Positions 55,498 through 64,000 of a stretch of 64,000 nt of DNA are shown here, in pieces; the stretch's first letter is position 1, and every line of letters begins with the position of its first letter. Origin of the DNA: an uncultured Acidobacteriota bacterium (lineage in GTDB: Bacteria; Acidobacteriota; Thermoanaerobaculia; Gp7-AA8). The position numbers and the translations under genes were made by a program. The stretch spans positions 224,001 to 288,000 of the forward strand of contig CAVUKB010000004.1 of NCBI GenBank assembly GCA_963741955.1, written 5' to 3'. Under the pieces are notes generated by a model that made no database searches, had not been told where the DNA came from, and saw only the letters and a program-made list of their open reading frames with translations.

Positions 55498-58400
55498 TCA
55501 GGCGCGGCGGCCGAGGATCTCGGCGGCGGAATGAGCGAGGACTTCGGGATCGACCGGCTTGCGAAGGTAGGCGGTGAATCCGGCGGCCAGCGCGCGCTCG
55601 CGGTCCTCCGGACGGCCGTAAGCTGTCAGCGCGATCGCGGGAACCACGCCGTCACTTTCTGCTCGAGCCGACAGGCGGCGCACCAGCGAGAAGCCGTCTT
55701 CTCCCGGCATCGCCAGGTCACTCACGATCAGCTCCGGATTCCACCCTTCCATCAGCGCGAGAGCATCCGCGACCGAAGCCGCGGTGCGGACGCTCGCGCC
55801 GCAACGCTCGAGAACGGTGGTGACGTAGAGTCGCGCTTCGAGATCGTCGTCGACCACCAGGAGGCGGCGCTGCAGGAGTGAGGGGAGGCCTCGCGGCTCC
55901 CGCCGTCGCCGCCGCATGACTCTCCTGGCGCGCCAGGAGCGGAAGAAGGACTTCGAAAGTCGCTCCCTCTCCTTCGCCGTCACTCATTGCGCGCACCTCT
56001 CCTCCATGGAGCTCGACCAGATGCCGGACGATCGAGAGGCCGAGACCGAGCCCTCCCATCGCTTCGAGAACTGCTGCTGTCGCCCTGGCGGAATCGTTCG
56101 AACACGTGCGGCAGAAGATCGGGAGCGATCCCCTTTCCCGAGTCGGTCACCCGAATTCTCGCCGACGCTTCGGTACCGTCGAGACGCACGGTCACCGTTC
56201 CTCCCTTCGGGGTGAACTTGATCGCATTCGAGAGAAGATTCCAGATCACCTGGCGGAGGCGATCCTCGTCACCCGATACCACTCCCGAGAACTCCTGCAG
56301 ATCGAGATCGACGTGGATCGATCTGGCCTCGGCGGCGGTCCGCACCGCCTCGAGTGCCGAGATGATGATCGGCCCGAGCTCGGTCGGTGCCATCTCCAGG
56401 CGCATCTTCCCCGTGATGATTCGAGAGACGTCGAGAAGGTCGTCGATGATCCGCGACTGTGCGAGGGTGCTGCGATGGATCGAGTCGATCCCGAGCTTCA
56501 AAGTCTGCGGGTCGGAGGTTCCGAGCGCCAGCATGCGCGACCACCCGAGCGTCGCCGTCATCGGTGTGCGGAGCTCGTGAGAGAGCGTGGCGAGGAACTC
56601 GTCTTTGGTTCGGTTGGCCTCTTCCGCTTCCTCTCGCGCGCTCTGGGCCGCCTCATAGAGGCGGGCACGCTCGAGCGCCTGGGCACATTGCTGCGCGACG
56701 GCACTCATGAACTCGCGGTCGTGTTCGCCGAACTCCCGCACCGACGGAAAACGGATACCGATTGCTCCGAGGATCTCCCCATGGAGTTGCAGCGGAATCG
56801 CTGCGAGAGCTTCTCCCTCGACCGCCATACGGCCTCGAAGAGTGGGATAGCGGTCGAAGAACGTGTGACCATCGGGAAACAGAAGAATTCTCTTCTCCCG
56901 GATGCAGTCGTTGAGCGGATGATCTTCGTCCGGTGGGACGGTTCTCCAGCGCCGGGCCGCGTCTTCCGAGAACCCCGATGTATGTGCCAGCTCGAGGCAA
57001 CGCTCGGATTCGGACCAGACGGCGAACGAGCCGGCCGTTCCGCCGAGTGCCGCAAGACCCTCGCCGATCGCGATGGACGCGATCTGCTGGAGACTTCCGG
57101 CGCGGGCGAGAGACGCAGTGATCGATTGCAGGAGTGTCAATCGCAACGCCGCGGCTTCCGCTTCGGTCCGGGCTTCCTGTTCGCGGCGGAAGAGGAGCGC
57201 ATTGTCGATGGAGATGGCCGCGCGGTGCGCGAGGTTCTCGACGAATCGAAGATCGGCCTGGGTGAAGACCCGTTTCGAATCCGAGAGCACCATCGAGATC
57301 GCTCCCAGCCGGCTTCCCCTCGCGATCAGAGGGACGATGATGGCCGAAGAGAAGCCGGCCGTGCGAAGAAGATCGAGATGCTCGGAATCGCGTGCGGCGT
57401 TCCTCAACATCTCGTCGGTGATGGTCTCGAAGAGCTTCGACGATCCGCTGCGGAGCACCTCGTGGACCACCGAAGTGCCGGGATCGGGAGGATAGCGGCG
57501 TCGGAGCTCCGTCGCCCAGCGAATCATCTGCGGGTCGCGGTGAGCGAGCGCCAGCCGGCGCAGCGATCCGCCGGGCTCGAGAACGTCGACCGTGCACCAG
57601 TCGGCGATGCCGGGGACCGCGAGCTGCGCGACCCTCGTGAGCGTGGTCTCGTAGTCCAGTGAGGCGGAGAGCTGTTCGCTCGCCTCGGCGAGAACCTGCG
57701 TCGCTTTCTCCGCCCGGCGACGCTCGGTGATGTCCGCCACGATGGAAACGATCTGGCTCTGGTGTTTCGCCGTCGCGGGAAGTCGGGCCGTCCAGATCGC
57801 GACGTCGATGATTGTCCCGTCTTTGCGGCGCCGCCGGGCTTCGATCCCTCGTGCGTCGCTTCCGCTCTCCACCTGCCGGAGGTAGGCGAGAAACTCCTCC
57901 ATCTCGTCTTCGGGCACGGTGGGGAGCCGTGATCCGACGATCTCTTCTCTCCTCCAGCCGAAGATATGTTCCGCAGCCCGGTTCCAGAGGAGCAGCCGTC
58001 CGTCCCCGGTCAGGAGCATGACCGCGAGCGGAGAGGCGTCGATCACTCCGGAGAGGAGCGCGTTGCTCCGCTCGAGGTCTTCTTCGGTCTTCCGTCGCTC
58101 CGTGATGTCCCGGAAGATGTTGATCGCGTAGCGGACGCTCCCATCGGCGGCGAAAGCGGGAGTCGATTTCACGATCGCCCAGCGATCTTCATCCGCGCCC
58201 CGAGAGCGGAAGCGGAGGAGCTTCGACGGCGGCGACTCCCCGTTGGTTGCCTGCCGTCCGGGAAGGTCGTCCACCGAGAGAGGAGCGCCGGATTCGTCGA
58301 ACATCTCGAATCCACCGGCCACGTCGTCCCCCGCCCGCGCAAGGAGATCGTCCGTCCCGGAACCGATCATCTCGGCGGCCGCCCGGTTGGCGAAGACGAG

Positions 58401-59009
58401 TTTTCCCGAGACGTCCTGGGCGGTGATGCCGTCGGCGACGCCGTCGAGAATCAGCTCCAGCTGCTCGTGAGAGTTGCGGAGCGCTTCTTCGCCGCGGGCA
58501 CGCTCGACGCCGAGCGCCACGTGTCGCGCGATGGCCACGGAGAGCGCGATCTCTTCATCCGTGAACTCGTGCGGCTGGTCGAAGTAAGTCATGAACTTGC
58601 CGACCAGGCGTCCGGAAGCCACGAGCGGAATGAAGCCGAGAGCCCGGATCCCTTCGCCGACGATCGTCTCGCGCAGCGCGGCGAGCGAAGGATCTTCGAG
58701 CACGTCGCGTACGGTGACCGGGAGAGGATTCGCCGCGTCGGCGGACCACGGTGAATGTCCTTCGGCAGCGGCGATGTAGCGCTCGGATAGCCCGCGTGAG
58801 GCGCGGAATCGCATCACCTGGGCAGCGTCGAACGTGAGCACGGCGGCGCGATCGGCTCCGATCGCGACTTCGATCGCGTCGAGCGCGCGGTGGTAGATCT
58901 GTTCGAGATCATTCGTCTCGCTCAGACTCGCAGTGAGCTGCACGATCATCTGCAGCTGTGCTACGCGCCGGGCCAGGACGTTCTCGAGACCGCCACCCGA
59001 GGATTCCAT
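55498..59009 (-). pseudogene. GAF/PAS hybrid histidine kinase-receiver split by two apparent +1 frameshifts (or sequencing errors)
   Basis: H-box ATLSHELRTP, NLLSNAIKFT and DSGKG in one frame; GGLGLGLSIVRHLVELHGG in a second (shift near 56060); receiver LVVDDD...SDLAMPGEDG...KP in a third (shift near 55890). Confidence 0.8.
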
Positions 59010-59059
59010 ACTCCATCCGAGTGTAAACGAGAGGGAGAGGCTCGGGCGAGCAGGACCGT

Positions 59060-59295
59060 GAGAGAGAGGCGAGGAACGAGAGGCGAGAGGCGAGAGGCGA
59101 GAGACGAGGGACGAGAGGCGAGAGGCGAGAGGCGAGAGGCGAGAGACGAGGGACGAGAGGCGAGAGGCGAGAGACGAGGGACGAGAGGCGAGAGGCGAGA
59201 GGCGAGGGACGAGAGGCGAGAGGCGAGAGACGAGGGACGAGAGGCGAGGGGGAGGGGCGAGGACGAGGAGGGGCGAGGGACGAGGGGCGAGAGTG
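59060..59295. repeat. Purine-rich GAGAGGC/GAGGGAC heptamer array between divergent genes
   Basis: Long mixed tandem heptamer tract; the track ORF N-terminus running through it is an artefact. Confidence 0.92.
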
Positions 59296-59326
59296 AGAGT
59301 GCGACTCTGCTTCATAATGGTCTCGC

Positions 59327-60298
59327 ATGAAGGCACGGGTTCTGGTCATCGGTTCCGGCGTTTCGGGTCTCACCTCCGCGCTTCGATTGCGCGAAGAGGG
59401 GTTCGATGCGCACATCGTCGCGAAGGATCTCGCGTTGGAGACGACGTCGAGCGTCGCTGCGGCACTCTGGTATCCGTACCGGGCGTACCCTCTCGACCGC
59501 GTAGTTGCGTGGGGAATGGAGAGTCTGGAGCGTTTCCGCGAGTTCGCGCGCGACCGCGCGAGCGGAATCACCGACGTCCCGCTGCAGGAGCTCCTCACGG
59601 ACGAAGGGAGCGATCCGGGATGGCGACGCGATCTCCCCGACTTCAGGATCCTCCGTCGGGACGAGCTGCCGCCGGGATACCGGAGCGGTTTTTCGGCGAC
59701 GGTTCCAGTGATCGAGACGCCGGTATACCTGCCGTGGCTCGAAGCGCGCTTCCGCTCGGCGGGAGGGAGAATCACGCCGAGGACGATCGACAATCTGGTG
59801 GACGCCGCCGCGGGCGTCGATCTCGTCGTGAACTGCTCCGGTCTCGGCGCGCGGACGCTCTGCGGGGACACGTCGCTCCATCCGATCCGTGGCCAGCTGG
59901 TGAGAACGGAAAAGGGGGACGTCGCGCGCGCGACGGTCGACGAGGAGGGCCCGGGTGACGCCACGTACATCGTGCCGCGAAGCCACGATTGCATCCTCGG
60001 ATCGACCAGTGGAGTGAACGACTGGCGGACCGAAACCGATCCTCACGAAACGGAGGAGATCCTTGCGCGTTGCAGGCGTCTCGATCCGCGGGTGGCTGAG
60101 CTCGAGGTGCTCGACGTGCGTGTCGGTCTGCGCCCGGGCCGTCCGGCCGTCCGTCTGGAGATCGAGCGGATGCCGCACGGAGCGGTGATCCACAACTACG
60201 GACACGGCGGGTCGGGTGTGACGCTCTCGTGGGGATGCGCGAACGAGGTGGTTCGCCTGGCCGAAGCTTGCATCACGCACCAGTCCGGCCGACAATAG
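59327..60298 (+). CDS. D-amino-acid oxidase family flavoprotein
   Basis: VIGSGVSG, PIRGQ, VGLRPGR, HNYGHGGSG. Confidence 0.92.
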   Translation: MKARVLVIGSGVSGLTSALRLREEGFDAHIVAKDLALETTSSVAAALWYPYRAYPLDRVVAWGMESLERFREFARDRASGITDVPLQELLTDEGSDPGWRRDLPDFRILRRDELPPGYRSGFSATVPVIETPVYLPWLEARFRSAGGRITPRTIDNLVDAAAGVDLVVNCSGLGARTLCGDTSLHPIRGQLVRTEKGDVARATVDEEGPGDATYIVPRSHDCILGSTSGVNDWRTETDPHETEEILARCRRLDPRVAELEVLDVRVGLRPGRPAVRLEIERMPHGAVIHNYGHGGSGVTLSWGCANEVVRLAEACITHQSGRQ

Positions 60299-60374
60299 CG
60301 CGCCAGAAACCATCCATCCATCAGGTCGAACCTGTCTCGGCCGGTCGACTGCACTTTCAGCGAGGAGGACGGAA

Positions 60375-62018
60375 TTGGCGACTGCGGTCAAGAAAGAGAA
60401 CTGGGGCTCGCGTGTCGGTCTGGTCCTGGCCATGGCAGGGAACGCCGTTGGCCTCGGCAACTTTCTCAGGTTTCCTGCTCAGGCGGCGCAGAACGGAGGC
60501 GGGGCGTTCCTCATCCCGTATCTGATCTCGTTCCTGCTGATGGGAATCCCCCTTCTCTGGGTGGAGTGGGCGATCGGACGTCACGGCGGAATCTACGGCC
60601 ATCACTCGGCGCCGGGCATGCTCGACAAGCTCGGGAAGCGGAAGTGGCTCAAGTACCTCGGCGTTTTTGGTCTCTTCACCAATCTCACCGTCGCTGCGTA
60701 CTACTGCTACGTCGAATCGTGGACGCTCGCGTACGTCTGGCATTCGCTGATCGGGACGTTCCGGCACACCGATCCGACGAAGTTCTTCCCTCACTACCTC
60801 GGGATGCACGCGGACTCGCTCTTCGCCGTCCCGCCGGAAGCGTTCCTCTTCTTCATCATCACGCTTGCGCTGAACACATTCATCCTCTCGCGCGGACTGG
60901 CGAAGGGAATCGAAGTCGCCGCGAAGATCGGGATGCCGCTGCTGCTCATCTTCGGCGCGATCCTGGTGATTCGAGGTCTGACCCTTCCGGTAGGCGGGAA
61001 GGTGATCGAGAGTCCTCTGCACGGGTTGAATTTCGTCTGGAATCCGAACCTTTCGGGCTTGACGAATCCGAGCATCTGGCTCGCTGCGGCGGGGCAGATC
61101 TTTTTCACTCTCTCGGTCGGCATGGGCTCCATCCACTGTTACGCCTCGTACGTGGGGAAGAAACAGGACATCGCGCTGAATGCTGCCTCCGCCGGGTGGA
61201 TGAACGAATTCGTGGAAGTGGTTCTCGGCGGATCGCTGCTGATTCCCATTGCGACGGCCTATCTCGGGCTCCACGTCGTGCAGCAGGACACGGCCGGTGG
61301 AAGCGGTTTCGGCCTCGCGTTCCTCACGCTTCCGAGCCTCTTCAACAACTGGGGGTGGTTCGCACCGATCGCTGGTGCGATGTGGTTCGGTCTCCTGTTC
61401 TTCGCCGGCATCACGTCATCACTGGCTATGGGACAGCCGATCCTCGCGTTTCTGGAGGACGAGTTCGGCGTCCGCCGAACTCGGTCGGCTCTCGCCTTCG
61501 GTCTGACCATCTTCTTCCTCGGATTCGTCGCGGTGTGGCTGTATCCGGGGGGCTCGTTCGACGAGTTCGACTTCTGGACCGGGACGTTCGCCCTGGTGGT
61601 GTTCGCGCTGGGTGAAGCGTTCGTGTTCGCGTTCGTCTTCGGAATCGACAAGGGATGGGCGGAGATCACTCGCGGAGCGGACATCGCCGTCCCGCGCATC
61701 TTCCGCTTTCTCATCAAGTGGGTCACTCCGTTCTTCATTCTGCTGATCTTCCTCGGCGCGGTCTTCAAGCCCGCCGACGGCGACTGGCTCGCGGCATTCA
61801 AGTCGCTCGGCACCGGAGGAGGATGGCACCTCGCGCCCGACAGTGTGATCGGAAAGATCCTGCACGTCGGAACACATTACGTCTGGTTCGACGCACAGGG
61901 TCGCGCGACGCCAGCCATGGTGCAGGACCTCACTCGCGGACTTCTGCTGATCGTCTTCCTCGCTTGCGCGTGGTTCGTCTGGAAGGCGTGGCGCCTGAAG
62001 GAAAGGAGGGAAGCATGA
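60375..62018 (+). CDS. Neurotransmitter:sodium symporter (NSS) family transporter
   Basis: ENWGSRVG, GNAVGLGNFLRFP, GGGAFLIPY, AAAGQIFFTLS, FFAGITSS; TTG start after GAGGAGG. Confidence 0.94.
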   Translation: MATAVKKENWGSRVGLVLAMAGNAVGLGNFLRFPAQAAQNGGGAFLIPYLISFLLMGIPLLWVEWAIGRHGGIYGHHSAPGMLDKLGKRKWLKYLGVFGLFTNLTVAAYYCYVESWTLAYVWHSLIGTFRHTDPTKFFPHYLGMHADSLFAVPPEAFLFFIITLALNTFILSRGLAKGIEVAAKIGMPLLLIFGAILVIRGLTLPVGGKVIESPLHGLNFVWNPNLSGLTNPSIWLAAAGQIFFTLSVGMGSIHCYASYVGKKQDIALNAASAGWMNEFVEVVLGGSLLIPIATAYLGLHVVQQDTAGGSGFGLAFLTLPSLFNNWGWFAPIAGAMWFGLLFFAGITSSLAMGQPILAFLEDEFGVRRTRSALAFGLTIFFLGFVAVWLYPGGSFDEFDFWTGTFALVVFALGEAFVFAFVFGIDKGWAEITRGADIAVPRIFRFLIKWVTPFFILLIFLGAVFKPADGDWLAAFKSLGTGGGWHLAPDSVIGKILHVGTHYVWFDAQGRATPAMVQDLTRGLLLIVFLACAWFVWKAWRLKERREA

Positions 62019-62137
62019 GCGCAGGAGCCTGGACCATGCTCGGGATCACCTGGGCGATCGTCTTCTTCTTCACCGGAAGGTTCTTCTTCAAGGTGCTGAC
62101 CACACCGACGAAGGAGGAGGATTCGAGTCAGGAATGA
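62015..62137 (+). CDS. 40-aa single-TM protein, MetS-like small subunit of the NSS transporter
   Basis: MSAGAWTMLGITWAIVFFFTGRFFFKVLTTPTKEEDSSQE; AGGAGG RBS, ATGA overlap with the NSS gene, terminator follows. Confidence 0.8.
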   Translation: MSAGAWTMLGITWAIVFFFTGRFFFKVLTTPTKEEDSSQE

Positions 62138-62143
62138 TCGACG

Positions 62144-62172
62144 ACGGGGCGCTTCGGCGCCCCGTTCTCTTT
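62144..62172 (+). terminator. Intrinsic terminator
   Basis: ACGGGGCGC-TTCG-GCGCCCCGT-TCTCTTT. Confidence 0.85.
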
Positions 62173-62248
62173 CGATCCGATCTCACCCAGCCGCGGACGC
62201 ACGGTCATCGGAGCGGGAACGCGGATCGCACCCCGACCGCGGAGGACC

Positions 62249-63219
62249 ATGAGAACTCGACGCTCGAGTCTGTCTGAGCTCTCTCCGCACTCGGAGCTCT
62301 CCGGAGTCTTCGCCGATTACTTCGCGGGCGAAACGACGGCGCCGATGGCGCTCTCACAGATGCTGTTTCTCCGCCCTTCGAGCGGTGATGTCGAGCGAGG
62401 ATTCTCCACCTTCTGGAGCTCGCGAAGGGGCGTGGAGAGAAAGCCCAGGCGGCGCAGCTGGAGGAACTGCACGCGTGCTTTCGACGATACCGTTCCGGGT
62501 GCGAGCGTCTGGCGACGGTGGCCGCCGCGCACGAGCTCGCGATGCGCGACCTCGGTGATGACCCGGTCTCCGGATGCGCCTCGATGTTCGACCGGCTGGT
62601 GGCGATCTCCGAGGAGGCGAGCGTCGCGGCGTACTCACTCTCCACCCCGGAGTTGCTCGATGAAGCCACCGACGAGATCGTCGCTCTCTTTCGAAACTGG
62701 AATCTCCTCGACCCCTCGTCTCGCGTACTGGAGATCGGATGCGGCGTCGGCCGGATCGGGCACGCACTTGGCGGAGTGGTCGGATCGTTCCACGGCGTGG
62801 AGATCTCGCGGGGAATGCTCGTCCGGGCGGTTCGGCGCTGCTCGGAGGCTCCACGAATCTCGTTCTCGCTCTCCTCGGGAAGAGATCTTTCCCATCTGAA
62901 GAGTGGAGCGTTCGACCTGGTTCTGGCGGTCGACGCGTTTCCCTACATCCATGCCGCGGGGGAGAGGGTGGTGCGTCGGCATTTCGAAGAGATCGTACGA
63001 GTGACGCGAGGCCGCGGGGCGTTCGCGCTGATCAACTATTCCTATCGGGGAGAGCTCGATCGCGATCGCGAGGACCTCCGGGCTCTGGCGCGGGCGCATG
63101 GACTCGAGCTGGTGGTGGACGGCGCCGCGCCGTTCACCGTGTGGGACGGGGTGGCGTTCTGTCTCCGGAAAATCGAGGAGCCTGCGCGGCGGGAGTCGCT
63201 CCGACGCGCAGGCTCGTGA
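62249..63219 (+). pseudogene. Class I SAM-dependent methyltransferase with an apparent frameshift near 62399
   Basis: GGAGG RBS and ATG at 62249; after ...DVER the coding frame switches to ILHLLELAKG...VAAAHE, which continues into VLEIGCGVG and FDLVLAVDAFPY. Confidence 0.7.
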
Positions 63220-63242
63220 GGTGTCTCGGAAGAGAGAAGGGG

Positions 63243-64000
63243 TCAAGCCTCCTGTCTTGCGAACTCCGCCCGGGTCATGTTCTCGATTCCATCGCTGGTC
63301 ACCGCGATGTCGTCCTCGACTCGGATTCCTCCGTACTTCCGGAATGAGTCGACTTTTTCCCACTTCACGTGCTTCGCGTTGTCACTCTCGCGCAGTTCCT
63401 TCAGGAGCGAGTCGATGAAGTAGAGCCCCGGCTCGATGGTGAAGACCATCCGCGGTTCGACCTTCCGGGTGAGGCGGAGGTACGGATGCCCCTCCGGTTT
63501 CGGAATGGGCGTCCCCTTCGGATCGGCGGAGAACCCACCGACATCGTGCACCTGAAGACCGATCAGGTGTCCGATGCCGTGAGGGAGAAATGTCGCGGTG
63601 AGCCGGCTCTCGACGGCGCCGTCACCGTCGAGGTCGGTGAACCCGAATCGGTGGAGGATCTCTCCAATCTTGTGATGGGCGAGCATGTGAACGTCGCGGT
63701 AGTCCGTTCCCGGCCTGATGGAGTTGCAGATCTCCTGCTGGGCCGTATCCATCGCAGCCACGAGATCGGCGTACTCGTCCTGCCTCTGGGAGTACGTTCG
63801 GGTGATGTCGCAGGCATAGCCGTTGACACTGGCGCCGGCGTCGATCAGGAACGAGTAGCGTTCCGACGCGGAGGGTTTCGCGCGTTCGAGATACTGGTAA
63901 TGAAGAACGGACGCGTGCTGGTTGAAGGCGATGATGTTGCCGTACGGAAGCTCGGCTTCCGTGTGCCCGGTGGCGCGGAGATAGGCGAGATGAATCTCGT
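63243..64000 (-). CDS. pepQ: Xaa-Pro dipeptidase (5' part outside the window)
   Basis: PYGNIIAFNQHASVLHY, LIDAGA..GYACDITRT, PHGIGHLIGLQVHDVGG, TIEPGLYF, GGIRVEDD. Confidence 0.93.
   Translation of the reverse strand, partial: EIHLAYLRATGHTEAELPYGNIIAFNQHASVLHYQYLERAKPSASERYSFLIDAGASVNGYACDITRTYSQRQDEYADLVAAMDTAQQEICNSIRPGTDYRDVHMLAHHKIGEILHRFGFTDLDGDGAVESRLTATFLPHGIGHLIGLQVHDVGGFSADPKGTPIPKPEGHPYLRLTRKVEPRMVFTIEPGLYFIDSLLKELRESDNAKHVKWEKVDSFRKYGGIRVEDDIAVTSDGIENMTRAEFARQEA

Overview
High-GC bacterial chromosomal window, probably Acidobacteriota (Thermoanaerobaculia-like; this is an inference from gene content and protein style). It holds about 40 genes: a thioester alpha-2-macroglobulin (partial), ppc, a membrane MutS-like ATPase, hrpB, pheA, a PAS-GGDEF-EAL protein, a MarR/TolC/EmrB/EmrA efflux locus, a divergent ClpX paralog with ftsY and glnS, 2-oxoacid:ferredoxin oxidoreductase, a CsbD/ASRT/TPP-enzyme/enolase/FAD-FeS cluster, a frameshifted hybrid histidine kinase, D-amino-acid oxidase with an NSS transporter and its small subunit, and pepQ (partial). 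I saw no rRNA, tRNA, CRISPR array or transposase. Most notable: (1) a probable selenoprotein missed by the ORF track (thioredoxin-NHL, WTFC-UGA-INC, followed by a hairpin); (2) a shared C-terminal RRR-[SG]-V-x-H-x tail on two unrelated secreted proteins, a candidate sorting signal; (3) intergenic 7-8-mer repeat arrays that begin exactly at stop codons and can form long inverted arms; (4) many apparently leaderless genes, including a divergent pair separated by only 19 bp; (5) several sigma-54-type promoters. Start sites were re-called by eye. No database searches were possible.
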